Virus record (IMG/VR): IMGVR_UViG_3300023174_000191
Span: 1-58,423 of that record
Strand: one strand, 5' to 3'
DNA: 58,423 nucleotides
Source: a virus
Taxonomy: Duplodnaviria > Caudoviricetes
A program made the position numbers and the translations under genes. Below, piece after piece: positions 1 through 11,100 of this stretch (position 1 is the first letter of the stretch; every line of letters starts with the position of its first letter). The notes beneath the pieces are model-generated. The model made no database searches and was not told the DNA's origin. It saw nothing but the letters and a program-made list of their open reading frames with translations.

Positions 1-54
1 TGAAGAAACCTTGTACATTTGAGTTTTGATTTTGAAAATATGATAAATCTAACA

Positions 55-927
55 TTATGTTATAACTGTAATTATTACTAATCCATCTCCACCATTTCCT
101 GCTTTTGATGCTGTTGAACCACCACCTGCGCCACCTCCACCACAGCCATACCAACCGTTCCCACCTCTACCACCTGCTCCTGTTGTTATACCTGCGCCTC
201 CTGCTCCACCTGTTCCACAAAAGGGTTGAAATGTTCCATATCCTGAATCTCCTGCTTGTGCTACTGTAACTCCTCCATTTACTTGTGTTGTTAATATAGC
301 AGAAGCTGATGTTATATTACCACCTGCACCAAAAACTGAAGCTGTTTTTCCGCCTCCACCGGCTCCTCCTGTTGTTATATTGCTTCCTAAAGCTGCTTGA
401 CTTAGACCAACAGCACCTGTATTTGCTCCTCCTGTTAATCCATTTACACCAGCAGTAGCTGTAAAAAGTCCTAAATTACCAAATGCTGATAAAGATACTA
501 CTGATATGCTTGCTGCTGCTCCGCCAACGCCTGAAATTATTCCTCCGGCTGCTCCTACTGTTGATGATTTACAGATAAGTGTTTGTTCAGATATTGATGG
601 TTGCAATCCTATGTAACTAATTCCTCCTGCCAATCCATTAACAGAATTTGTTGTTGCACCCGCTCCACCTACACCTACTAATATATAAATTGTATCAGGT
701 AATAAAAAAGCAGGAATAATTCCTCTTACAATTCCTGCAGAACCTCCACCACCACCTCCATTTGTACCTGCGGCACCTTGCGTAACACTACCTCCAGCTC
801 CGCCACCTAAACAGAATATTTGTATCATTTTGGCGTTACGAGGCTTACTCCATGTCTGCCAGTTACCTGTAGCATAGAATGTATAGGATTGTTGTGGTTG
901 AGATAGTATGTGAGTGAAGTCTAGCAT
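55..927 (-). CDS. Glycine-rich tail-associated protein
   Basis: W-x-KP...I..LGGGAGG start, long GGxGG runs and GNGGDGLVII end, typical of phage glycine-rich domains; lies downstream of the tail fibre genes. Confidence 0.7.
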   Translation of the reverse strand: MLDFTHILSQPQQSYTFYATGNWQTWSKPRNAKMIQIFCLGGGAGGSVTQGAAGTNGGGGGGSAGIVRGIIPAFLLPDTIYILVGVGGAGATTNSVNGLAGGISYIGLQPSISEQTLICKSSTVGAAGGIISGVGGAAASISVVSLSAFGNLGLFTATAGVNGLTGGANTGAVGLSQAALGSNITTGGAGGGGKTASVFGAGGNITSASAILTTQVNGGVTVAQAGDSGYGTFQPFCGTGGAGGAGITTGAGGRGGNGWYGCGGGGAGGGSTASKAGNGGDGLVIITVIT

Positions 928-930
928 ATG

Positions 931-1113
931 TTAAGGTTGTGCACAAATTGGCTCAGGTGTATTTAACTCTACAATACTAAAAGCTGCTGGTAGTCCAATT
1001 TCATTACATTGTAAATCTATTGCTTTAATAAAGATAGTTACATCCTGTGAGTCCGTTACATAATAGAACTGCTCAAACGGTTCTACATCCATTTTCATTA
1101 AGTGATATTTCAT
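931..1113 (-). CDS. Hypothetical protein
   Basis: Tightly packed 60-aa ORF in the tail operon. Confidence 0.55.
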   Translation of the reverse strand: MKYHLMKMDVEPFEQFYYVTDSQDVTIFIKAIDLQCNEIGLPAAFSIVELNTPEPICAQP

Positions 1114-1130
1114 AATGTACTTGTATTAAA

Positions 1131-1562
1131 TTATACTATAGGTGCATAAGAACCTCCTACTGCTGCAGCGTACCATCCACCTCCTGTTACTTGTACAGTT
1201 CCTAGAGTTGTTAAAATTCTGTATCCTGGCGGTAGTGCAATATTTAATGGTAATTCGTATACTGCTGTTGCTGCAGTTTGAGTTGCAGATGTAGCAGCTA
1301 AAGTAATTTCATCAAAAAGAACATTATTTGCTGCTGAACCTGTTGTTAGTCCGTTATTAATAAAAATTCTAGCTACAGTTGCTGTTGCAGAACCTGATGC
1401 TTTAAATCTTATTCTTTGAACAAATCCTCCATCTGCAGAAGCTGAAAATACGATTGCTGGTGTACCAATTGTTCCATCGTAAGTTGTGTTTGCTGCTGTT
1501 TGTACTGTAGTCCATTCTATATCTCCTGCTGATGAGAATATGGGTGATGTATTTACTGACAT
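1131..1562 (-). CDS. Putative small virion/tail fibre-associated protein
   Basis: Ala/Thr-rich beta-type sequence adjacent to the tail fibre gene. Confidence 0.6.
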   Translation of the reverse strand: MSVNTSPIFSSAGDIEWTTVQTAANTTYDGTIGTPAIVFSASADGGFVQRIRFKASGSATATVARIFINNGLTTGSAANNVLFDEITLAATSATQTAATAVYELPLNIALPPGYRILTTLGTVQVTGGGWYAAAVGGSYAPIV

Positions 1563-1580
1563 TGTTTTTTATTTAATTTA

Positions 1581-4500
1581 TTAAAAAATATTTTGTAATC
1601 CTTGATAAAAGGCTTGTGATAGTCCTAAATTTGTAATTAATGCAGAAACTGTTACATCTCCTGTTGTATTTGAAACCTGAACATTAGCTCCTGCTATTAT
1701 ACTTGTAACTCCTCCATTAGCGGCATTTGTAGCATATGAAGCTGTTCCAAATAATGAACCCGTTATAGAACCTGATACTCTTAAAGATCCTGTTATTTGA
1801 ACTTGCGAACCAGCTGCAAATACTAAATTTGATCTAGCATTAGTAGCTGTACCGTTACCTACAATGAAAGCGGAATCTACTGAAGAGGTTTGATTATATT
1901 GACCTACTACAGACTGATAGGCTCCTTTTGCATATGTATAAAATCCTGCAGCGTGTGAGTAATCTCCTGATGCTAGTGTTGCAAATCCTTCAGCGTGAGA
2001 AGCCTCTCCTGATGATACTGTATATTTACCTTCAGCATGAGAATATGAACCAATTGCTTTCGCTGAATTTCCTTCAGTATGAGAATATGAACCAGAAGCA
2101 TACCCATAACCGTATAGACTAGCATAACTATCTAAAAACGGTGTCGATAAAGTAAAAGTTGTAATATTTAAACCTGCATTGTGTGTAGCGCTAGATATTA
2201 CTGGTTTAGGATTATGTCTTGGATATCCAAAATCAACTGCTACATAATAATTGTTTTCATCAGTATTAGATAGTTGTAAATCATTGATAGTATAAGGATA
2301 AGATATTGAACCTGTAAAATTTCCATTTACAGCAACTGAATTATATGTGATAGAAGATACTTGTGAACTTACAGGCCCAAATACAATATTGGCATTTGTC
2401 GATAACGTTGAATAATTATACTCTATATCAGCTCCAAGTCCTTCAGCGTGTGAATATGACCCTAATGCGTCAGTATATAATCCTTCAGCGTGTGATTGAG
2501 CACCTGATGCTATTGTGCCTCCTCCTTCAGCGTGCGAAGCATTTCCTAATGCTTGGGTACCTGCTCCTTCAGCATGTGAAGATTGTCCTGTTGCGTTATT
2601 ATATTGTCCTTCTGCATGTGAGTAAGAACCTGATGCTATTGTACTTACTCCTTCAGCGTGTGATTGAGCACCTGATGCTATTGTACTTACTCCTTCTGCG
2701 TGTGAATATAGACCTGTAGCTTGATTGGTTGTAAATCCTTGAGTAAGAGACCCTGTTATATTTACTGGACCTACTACATTTAAAGATCCAGTTATTTGTG
2801 CTGAACCTGTATATGGAAAAGGAGAACCTCCTGTACTTGCTGTTGTTGTACCATCTGCTAAAAGATATTGAGAACCTGCTCCAGGTTTTATAAATCCTTG
2901 AGTAGAAGTTGTTGAACCTGTTACAGTTAGCCCATTTGTTATTCTAGCTGAACCACTTACGTCTAATGATGATGATGGAGTTGTAGTTCCTATACCGACT
3001 CTACCTGATGAAGAGACAAATAGGAGTGAAGTACTTCCTGATGTTATTTGTAATGGTACTTGTGTTCCTGATCCTGATATGTTAACTGAGCCGCTTATGT
3101 CTAATTTAGCATTAGGTGCTGTTGTTCCTATTCCTATGTTACCTGGGGAGGCATCGATAAACATCCTAATAGTATTTGTTGTATAAAAAGCAGTTCCATC
3201 ATTACCACTTGTACCTATTTGCATTGTACTTCCAAAGTACCTAACAAATCCTGTAAGTCCACTAGTTGGTCTAACAAGTGTAATTTGTGATCCTCCTGAT
3301 CCTGATATTCTTAGTGAACCTGTGGTATTGCTTTGTATATCTATAGAGTTTATAGGTGTTGTTGTTCCTATTCCTATGTTACCTGATGAAGATACAAATA
3401 GGTTGCTATTCCCTACTAAAAATTGAGTAGCATTTGAAGATGACACTGTTAAAGATCCAGTTATTGTCTCATTTCCTATTACAGTATTTGATCCTGTTAT
3501 TAATAAAGATCCTGTTACTCTATGTGTATCTGTTATTGCACCTCCTAATGTTACCCCAGTTCCTGTTACTAAAAATTCAGTCATACTACCACTTACTACA
3601 CTAAATTGTGTAGGAGTAACAGAGGCTGTTACAGAACCAGTTGCTATTTGAGTAAAATTCCCTGCAATTGCTGTGGTGGGTATTGAGTTTAGATTTGCAC
3701 CTGAACCTGAAAATGATCCTGAGAATGAACCATTACCTCCTTGTGCAAAAGAAGCTGTTAGTGCAAGAGAAGCTGTTACAGCTCTTGAAGAAGAGACTGC
3801 AAATGAACTACTTACACTATTTGAAGCCCAAGAAGATGTTCCAAATAATGATCCTGTTATACCTCCATTTACTCCTAATGATCCTGTTATTTCAACTGTA
3901 GAATCATGAGCATATATTAAGTTTGATCTATTACTATCGTCAGTTCCATTACCAACAATAAAAGCTGCAGGTATGAGCGATGTAGCGTTCCAATGGCCCT
4001 GTACATGTTGATGATCGGCTAATGCTATTGTTTGATACCCCTCCGCGTGTGAATAAGATCCTGATGCTATTGTTTCTTGACCTTCAGCGTGTGAATAGTC
4101 TCCTTTTGCTTGGGTAAAATCTCCTTCAGCATGTGAATAGTTTCCTATTGCTTTAGTAATACTTCCTTCAGCGTGTGAGTTTTCTCCGGTTGCTATATTC
4201 CCCTCTAATCCTTGAATAAGAGAGCCTGTTATTGTTTGATTTCCTTTAAAAGTACTTGGCCCTATTACCTCTAATGAACCAGTTATTTTAGCAGATCCGG
4301 TATATGGAAAAGGTGATACATATCCTGATAAATAAGATGCTGTTAATGCGTTTGTAGCATATGAAGCTGTTCCAAATAATGAACCTGTTATACCTTGTGT
4401 TACATTTAGTGAACCTGTAATTACTGCAGAGCCTGAAAATGGAAATCCTGCTCCAGTGCCTCCGCCACTAGAAGATCCTGATACAAAAGATGCTGTTAAT

Positions 4501-4616
4501 TGTAAAGATGTAACTAAATTTCCTAGACCATCATAAACTTGCCCGGAAGATGATATTTGCATCAAATTCCGAAATGATTGATATGTTTTTTGACCTGTTA
4601 AATTTGATATTGCCAT
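1581..4616 (-). CDS. Long tail fibre/adhesin with YadA-head-like SHAEG repeats and GNIGIGTT.P repeats
   Basis: Three blocks of 14-aa (S/A)HAEG repeats, three G(N/R)(I/V)GIGTT.P units and many ITGSL units. Confidence 0.8.
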   Translation of the reverse strand: MAISNLTGQKTYQSFRNLMQISSSGQVYDGLGNLVTSLQLTASFVSGSSSGGGTGAGFPFSGSAVITGSLNVTQGITGSLFGTASYATNALTASYLSGYVSPFPYTGSAKITGSLEVIGPSTFKGNQTITGSLIQGLEGNIATGENSHAEGSITKAIGNYSHAEGDFTQAKGDYSHAEGQETIASGSYSHAEGYQTIALADHQHVQGHWNATSLIPAAFIVGNGTDDSNRSNLIYAHDSTVEITGSLGVNGGITGSLFGTSSWASNSVSSSFAVSSSRAVTASLALTASFAQGGNGSFSGSFSGSGANLNSIPTTAIAGNFTQIATGSVTASVTPTQFSVVSGSMTEFLVTGTGVTLGGAITDTHRVTGSLLITGSNTVIGNETITGSLTVSSSNATQFLVGNSNLFVSSSGNIGIGTTTPINSIDIQSNTTGSLRISGSGGSQITLVRPTSGLTGFVRYFGSTMQIGTSGNDGTAFYTTNTIRMFIDASPGNIGIGTTAPNAKLDISGSVNISGSGTQVPLQITSGSTSLLFVSSSGRVGIGTTTPSSSLDVSGSARITNGLTVTGSTTSTQGFIKPGAGSQYLLADGTTTASTGGSPFPYTGSAQITGSLNVVGPVNITGSLTQGFTTNQATGLYSHAEGVSTIASGAQSHAEGVSTIASGSYSHAEGQYNNATGQSSHAEGAGTQALGNASHAEGGGTIASGAQSHAEGLYTDALGSYSHAEGLGADIEYNYSTLSTNANIVFGPVSSQVSSITYNSVAVNGNFTGSISYPYTINDLQLSNTDENNYYVAVDFGYPRHNPKPVISSATHNAGLNITTFTLSTPFLDSYASLYGYGYASGSYSHTEGNSAKAIGSYSHAEGKYTVSSGEASHAEGFATLASGDYSHAAGFYTYAKGAYQSVVGQYNQTSSVDSAFIVGNGTATNARSNLVFAAGSQVQITGSLRVSGSITGSLFGTASYATNAANGGVTSIIAGANVQVSNTTGDVTVSALITNLGLSQAFYQGLQNIF

Positions 4617-4634
4617 TTAATCTTTCCCTTTGTA

Positions 4635-4643
4635 ATAAATATC
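4635..4643 (-). promoter_or_regulatory. Putative late promoter (GATATTTAT) in the loop of an inverted repeat
   Basis: Recurring motif about 20 nt upstream of a structural gene start; flanked by ttccctttgt/acaaaaggaa. Confidence 0.6.
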
Positions 4644-4658
4644 ACAAAAGGAATTTCT

Positions 4659-7600
4659 TTATCCAATATATGCAGCTCCCCATGAATTATTTAAATCAAA
4701 CTGTATTGATCCTACTTGTACTTGCGCTTTCAGCGTATCATTTACAGCTAAGTAGACAATACCGCTTACTCCAAAGTGTTGAGGTCCTGTATTTGTAGAA
4801 GATTCCCACATTAATACACTTGTTGCTGAGTTTCTATACACAATTATCTGCTGCATTGCATTTACACTTCCACATCTTGCATTTAGAAAAACACTGTAAA
4901 GTCCTGCAACTGGTGCTGTAAATGTACCATTTGTATTGTTATAATAGTTACCTTGATTATAATCTACACCAACCATTGAGCCACTTAAGACTGTTATAGC
5001 AGTTCTATCTGTACTAGAAGAACCTGATACTCTAAATGCTGGTCTGTTAGGCATTGTAACAGAACCACTTGACACTGTAATTGAACCTGATACTCGTAGT
5101 GAACCTGTAACTTGGAATGTACTTCCTGATGTAAATACTAAGTTGCTTCTTGATGTATTTGATGTGCCATTTCCTATTATAAATGAATTTTGTAAAGTGG
5201 AATATCTATTGTAGGTACCTACTACTAATTGTGAATTACTTCCAGAAAGATATGTACCGCATATTATGTTATACGCTCCGAGGTTTGTGTTCTGATATCC
5301 ATTATTTATTGTAGAACTATTAATAGCATAAGTTGACTGATATGAAGACGTTATTATACCAGTATTAATATTACTAGTATAGATATTTCGCCATTTAAAA
5401 TTTTTAGATGTATCCCAGGATTCATTGTAAATTCCTAAATCATATAAATTATCAGATATCGGTGAAAAGCTTCCATAAGATAATGTTCCAGCAGTACCTC
5501 CTAACAACGCACTGTCTTTGAATTGTAAAATTTTAGTTTTTAAACCTTCAGACTCAGCTAATTGAACAATTTTTAATTCTGAAAACCTTATATGTGTCAC
5601 TTCACTGCCATCTGATACTGCAGTTCGCTGTTGCCATTCCAGTTTAATTTTAAATTTTGAATATACATTAAATGAACCGTCGCTTGATTCTTTATATGTT
5701 AAAACTGGTGTTAATGGTATATTAACATCTATCCATTCAAAAAATGAGTTTTGTACTTTAAATTCTCTATATAATTCATTATCATTTTCATCATATATAT
5801 ATACCCATAATCTAAGCTGACCGCTAAACTCACTGCTATAATCTTTAAATCCGTTTAGGTTTCCAAATTTAGCAGCAAATTGCAACACTAAAGGTTTGAA
5901 ATTTGCATTTGCTTTGCTTAATATAGAAGATGAAATGTGAAAATTATCGCTGGTTAATGAGAATGTAGAAGCGTCAGAACCTACTGGCATGATTAAATGA
6001 TCTACTGTAGTTTTATTTGACCCAAATGTAATTTTATCTTGATATTCAGGAATTTCATAAGACTGCTTAATATCTCCTAATTTTTCAAAGTCTTGCGGTA
6101 TAGATTTAATTTTGTATGATAAATTATCAAATGAACCGGAGCCGGCTTTATAAGTCGCTGCTACAGGGTTGCCATATACAAATATTGTTTTTCCAGAAGT
6201 ATAATCAGTTCCTTCACCTCTCCATCTAGACAATCCAAAACTCATTGTGGTTTGTGGCTTTACTGATAGATCTTGCGCTCCTACTGCTATGCTATTTACT
6301 GTGTCAATAACTGCTGAGCTAGTAAACCATGGTTCAATTAAATATCTAGTAATTACTGATGAACCTGATATTTGTGATTGCGGAGTTACGCCTGATATTA
6401 TTATATTTTCAAATAATCCTTCAGTAGCATTAATATTTCCTTTAACATATACATTTCCTTGAGGTGATATTGAAAAATTTGAAGATGATATTTGAAATAT
6501 GGTTCCAGAGCCAGAAATGTATGAAGCTGCTGGATCTCCTAAAAAGAAATTTTTAGTTCGAATATCTAACAATCCAGACCCTGATGTCGTATATTTGAAA
6601 TATGAAGTTGGATTTGCGACTAATTCAATACCTACTCCTGAATATTCTTCTGAAGAACCTAATGGGCTATTTACTGCAGTTAATAAAGGTTTTATAGAAC
6701 CAGAATAAATTACAAATCCTGCAAAGCCTACCGGAGAACCTCCAGAGACTGTCGTTGCATTTTTAAATCCTGAATATCCTATACTGCGAATCATAGAAGC
6801 ATTTCCTTTTCCCGATAAATGTACTCCGGTTCCTGTCGCGCCTGCTACGTAAAGTGAACCAGTCATTAAGTTATCATCTCCGCCTATGTAAGTATTTCCT
6901 CCTTGCAGCGTGTTATCTCTAACTTCAATTACTTGTTTTGACGCGTTTCCTGCAGGATTAACAAACTCAAATTTAAAATCTATTTTTTCATTTCTATGAG
7001 ATGTAGGTAACGAAAATGTGTTTTGCAATGAAGATGTATTAAATCCAAATTCGTCTGCATATGAAGTAATGTCAGTTTCATTTAATAATATATATTCATT
7101 AATACCTGACGATCTATAATACGTTCTAATTTTAGCAATTTCTCCTGTAAGTGGACTTAAATTTGTAAACGAAGCAGTTATAATATTATATGTATTTTGT
7201 GTTGTATTAGAAAATACATACCCGTACGCATCTGGCTCCGTAGGCATTACGTAGCTAATATCCATTCTATTTAAATCTAAAGATTTAGGATAAAATCTAT
7301 CGTTACTATTTGACAATGCATAAGATAATGGCTCTGATAAATATGCTATTAATGAACCGCTATATGATGAAATGCTGGCACTTACTGTTTGCGATACAAT
7401 ATTTGAAGGTCTGGTAGGATCTGAATTTACAATTCTGCTATATGTAAATGATATAGTAGCATTTTCAATATGTGATAAAAATCCATAAATTGGAGCTCCA
7501 TTATCATAAGAACTTATACTTAGGTTTGCAGGTAATATTATTACAGGAGTATCATTATTATAATAATATTTAATATAGTTAGCTCCATTAGTTGTATAGC

Positions 7601-8153
7601 CATCACCTTGAGTTTGTGACTTATTCGTAGCTGGATATGCAGCAGAAAAATTGTAATATGAAATTTCTTTATGTGAGCCTGTCGAGCTAGTTAAAGTTAC
7701 TCTAGGAAGTGAACTGAATATAATAGCATCTTCATTTCGTTTTGAAATATCAATATATACAGGAACTTGCCATCTTACATTTATTTCAGACGGATCTAAT
7801 ATTTGGCCTTCTGCAGATTGATTTAACGTACTACAAATTATTATACTTCCATTTCCAGGAGTAGTATCTTCATTTATAAATATAGTAACAATTGCCGGCT
7901 GATCTTGTGATTCTAAATCGATTCCTACTTCATAATAAACAGGTAATCCATTTGCATCTAATATTTCTATATAGACAGCAGAGTTTTCAGGAAATAAAGA
8001 TACATTTCCTTTAAATTTAAAAGTATTTAAACCAGCAGTTAATTCTGTAGGAAGTTCAGTTACTCTAAAATAATCTGGAGAGTTTGCTGATGTATCTTCT
8101 ATTATAACATTAAGCTCGCTAAGACCTTGATATATAACTTCGTTTTTAGCCAT
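4659..8153 (-). CDS. Large tail/baseplate-associated protein with C-terminal C1q-like domain
   Basis: C-terminal PAFRV...YNQGNYYNNTNGTFTAPVAGLYSVF...VYLAVNDTL matches the gC1q pattern. Confidence 0.7.
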   Translation of the reverse strand: MAKNEVIYQGLSELNVIIEDTSANSPDYFRVTELPTELTAGLNTFKFKGNVSLFPENSAVYIEILDANGLPVYYEVGIDLESQDQPAIVTIFINEDTTPGNGSIIICSTLNQSAEGQILDPSEINVRWQVPVYIDISKRNEDAIIFSSLPRVTLTSSTGSHKEISYYNFSAAYPATNKSQTQGDGYTTNGANYIKYYYNNDTPVIILPANLSISSYDNGAPIYGFLSHIENATISFTYSRIVNSDPTRPSNIVSQTVSASISSYSGSLIAYLSEPLSYALSNSNDRFYPKSLDLNRMDISYVMPTEPDAYGYVFSNTTQNTYNIITASFTNLSPLTGEIAKIRTYYRSSGINEYILLNETDITSYADEFGFNTSSLQNTFSLPTSHRNEKIDFKFEFVNPAGNASKQVIEVRDNTLQGGNTYIGGDDNLMTGSLYVAGATGTGVHLSGKGNASMIRSIGYSGFKNATTVSGGSPVGFAGFVIYSGSIKPLLTAVNSPLGSSEEYSGVGIELVANPTSYFKYTTSGSGLLDIRTKNFFLGDPAASYISGSGTIFQISSSNFSISPQGNVYVKGNINATEGLFENIIISGVTPQSQISGSSVITRYLIEPWFTSSAVIDTVNSIAVGAQDLSVKPQTTMSFGLSRWRGEGTDYTSGKTIFVYGNPVAATYKAGSGSFDNLSYKIKSIPQDFEKLGDIKQSYEIPEYQDKITFGSNKTTVDHLIMPVGSDASTFSLTSDNFHISSSILSKANANFKPLVLQFAAKFGNLNGFKDYSSEFSGQLRLWVYIYDENDNELYREFKVQNSFFEWIDVNIPLTPVLTYKESSDGSFNVYSKFKIKLEWQQRTAVSDGSEVTHIRFSELKIVQLAESEGLKTKILQFKDSALLGGTAGTLSYGSFSPISDNLYDLGIYNESWDTSKNFKWRNIYTSNINTGIITSSYQSTYAINSSTINNGYQNTNLGAYNIICGTYLSGSNSQLVVGTYNRYSTLQNSFIIGNGTSNTSRSNLVFTSGSTFQVTGSLRVSGSITVSSGSVTMPNRPAFRVSGSSSTDRTAITVLSGSMVGVDYNQGNYYNNTNGTFTAPVAGLYSVFLNARCGSVNAMQQIIVYRNSATSVLMWESSTNTGPQHFGVSGIVYLAVNDTLKAQVQVGSIQFDLNNSWGAAYIG

Positions 8154-8173
8154 TTTGTAGATATCTATTTAAA

Positions 8174-8182
8174 ATAAATATC
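8174..8182 (-). promoter_or_regulatory. Putative late promoter (GATATTTAT)
   Basis: Same motif about 20 nt upstream of the ATG at 8153. Confidence 0.6.
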
Positions 8183-8190
8183 TAAAAAAG

Positions 8191-11100
8191 TTAATTATAA
8201 GAAATTTTTGAGCTTCCGTTTGTTTTAGTAATTTCAATTAATTTATCTACTACATCTCGCATAGAATCAATATGTGATATTACCAGCATAAATGAAAATT
8301 GAGTTTTTAAATAATCAAATAAATTGAACATTGAGTTTAAATTATCAGAATCTAAAACGCCAAATCCTTCATCAATAGCTAGAAAATTTGGTCTAGGCAA
8401 TGAAGATACATTTATCAATGCAGTTCTAATTGCTAATGAAGAAACAAACTTTTCCATTCCAGAAGTTAATTCAATTGGCCAAAAGTTGTCTTCATCATAC
8501 ACAATGTAACAGTTAATATTTTTACCATCCATTTCAAGCATCAAACTAAATTCAACTAATTGACTTAATATATTATTTATTTCTTGCTCAATATATGGAA
8601 CTGCTGAAGTAATTAAATCGTAAGGTATACCGTCTCTATTAACAGCCTCTAAATAATATTGATAAAATTTATACTGCTGCGCTAAGTCTTTTAATTTTGA
8701 AATTGACTCTTCAGCCTTTTCTTTTAATTTGTCAGATAGTAATAATTTCGAATGACAGGTTAAAATATCATCATTAAGTATACTTAATTCATCTTTTAAA
8801 TCAGTCACTTTTTTATTTAAAGAATCTATCTGACCATTTATAGTCATGTTTTCTTTGATAACTTCTTCCTGTTTAAAATATTCTGCTATTTTAGTATTAA
8901 CTTCCCCTAATCTAGAAACTCCTTGAAGATGTTTAGTTGCAATTTGATGCAATTCAGATTCAATTGAAGATTTCAAAGATGATTTTTTGTGAATATCTTG
9001 ATTTAATTTATTATAATCTTCTTTTTCTTGTATAGAAGGTTTTAACTGAGTTATTTTATCTTTGATAATTTGTAAATCATCTACTATTTTTTGAGCATGT
9101 TTTTTATCTTCTTCTATCGAAGCTTTTGTAGCAATAGCATCTTTAACAAATACATTATCCATACAAAAAGAACAATTCTCATCATATTTTAAATCATCAA
9201 GTTTTTTCATTTTGTCTAACTTATTACTGACTTCGGCTTTAAGTTTTGCTACTTGACCATATAAATTTTTTTCTGTGTTGTGCAGACCATCAAGAACATC
9301 AATTCGAGCTTGAATTTCATTAATGTTAAATGCTTTTATACTTTCTTGCAATTCATCTAGCGATTCCTTACATACTTTTAATTCACCTAACTTATCCGAT
9401 TCACTTTTTTCTAATTGACTTAAGAATAAAATAGCTTGATCTTTTAATTCATCTAATCTATCTTTATTTGCAATTGATGTATCGACAGGAACTAAATTAG
9501 AAGTTAAAGATAAAATTTCTTGATTTAGAGTATCTATTTTATTTTCTAATTCACTTTTATCTATTTGATAATCTTTATGCTCTTTTGTGTATGCCTCAAT
9601 ATCATTAACTGCTTGTGCTAGTTGTGAACCAAAGTCTTGACGCTGATATTCTTTTACTAGCGTAGCAACTTCTTTAATGTCATCGTTAGCAATTCTATAT
9701 AAATCTTCAAAGATATTAATATCTAAGAATTGAGCTAGCAAATCTTTTCTGTCTTTTTGAGCCATGTCAATAAAACCTGAATTATTATTTTGTACTGACA
9801 ATGCAGTTAGCACAAAATCTTCATAAGTTCCTAACAGACCTCGTATATGGTCATTAGTTTCACTTCTCTCTTTTCCATTTAATGATGTTATTTGACCTAA
9901 ATCATCTACAGAATAGAAATTAACATCAACTCGCACGTGATTACCTCTTCCTCGAGTACCTATTTTTTCAATAAAGAAATTTTTACCATCTAATTCAAAA
10001 TTGAATTTACATGTAAATGAAGCAGATCTATTATTTAGAACAGCGACTGCTTTTGAAGTTCGACCGCATTTGTCGAATATACAATATGTTATAGCATCTA
10101 ATAGTGTAGACTTTCCAGAAGCGTTTGGAGCAAATAATCCATACACTCCTTTCATGTTAGTAAAATCTATAGAGTTACCTTTTCCATAACTAAACATATT
10201 TGAAAACTCAAAGCTTTTTGGAATCCAAGATACATTTCGATTTATTTCTAATGTAGGTAATCCTGAATTTACAGTTCTATTAACATGACGAACTCCATCT
10301 AAAACATCATCTTCTAAAGTAAATTTATTTTCTAGATATTTAGTAATTAATGTATTTTGATATTCTACATCCCTTACATCTCCTATATTAATTTTTTGTA
10401 CCCTAGATTTGTTTTGAGTTAAATCATTAATTTTTTGAACTGTATATTCTTCTACATTGAATTTAGATTTTATACTTCCGATTATAGATTTTAAATCGGC
10501 AGACTCTGTGTTTTGAGACTTGATTCTTAATCTAATCAATTTATCTGATAACTCATCTGGAATTGGGTTATATTTGCTATCATTAACTTCTAAAGTATAA
10601 TAACACATATCATTTTCAATTTCCATAAATTCTGCTTGAGATGTATTTGTGTCCCAAACTAACATTCCATGAATTAAAGCTTCTGCATAATTTTGTTGAA
10701 TAAGTGAACCTGGATATGCAATAGTTTTTTCTTCGTTTAAAAACTGATTAGGTTTGTGAATATCTCCTAAAAGTGTTAAATCATACCCTTTAAATGTATC
10801 AATATCAACATGGTCATTTACCAATCTAAATCCTATATCAGTTAAAGCATTATTTACTGCTCCGTGATGTAATGCAATTTTAAAATCTCCTTCAAATTCA
10901 TCTGCTTTGATAAAATCTTTAGGTTTATCAAAAACTGACATTACTGTAAAATGTTTATCAGCTAATTTGTAAACTCCAGACTCTTTTAAATAATATAAAT
11001 TAGGGTGATTTAGTGCATTTACAATAGGCGTTAAAGCATCTAATCTAGATTTATTATTTAGGTTACAATCATGGTTTCCTGTAATTAATATTGTAGGAGC

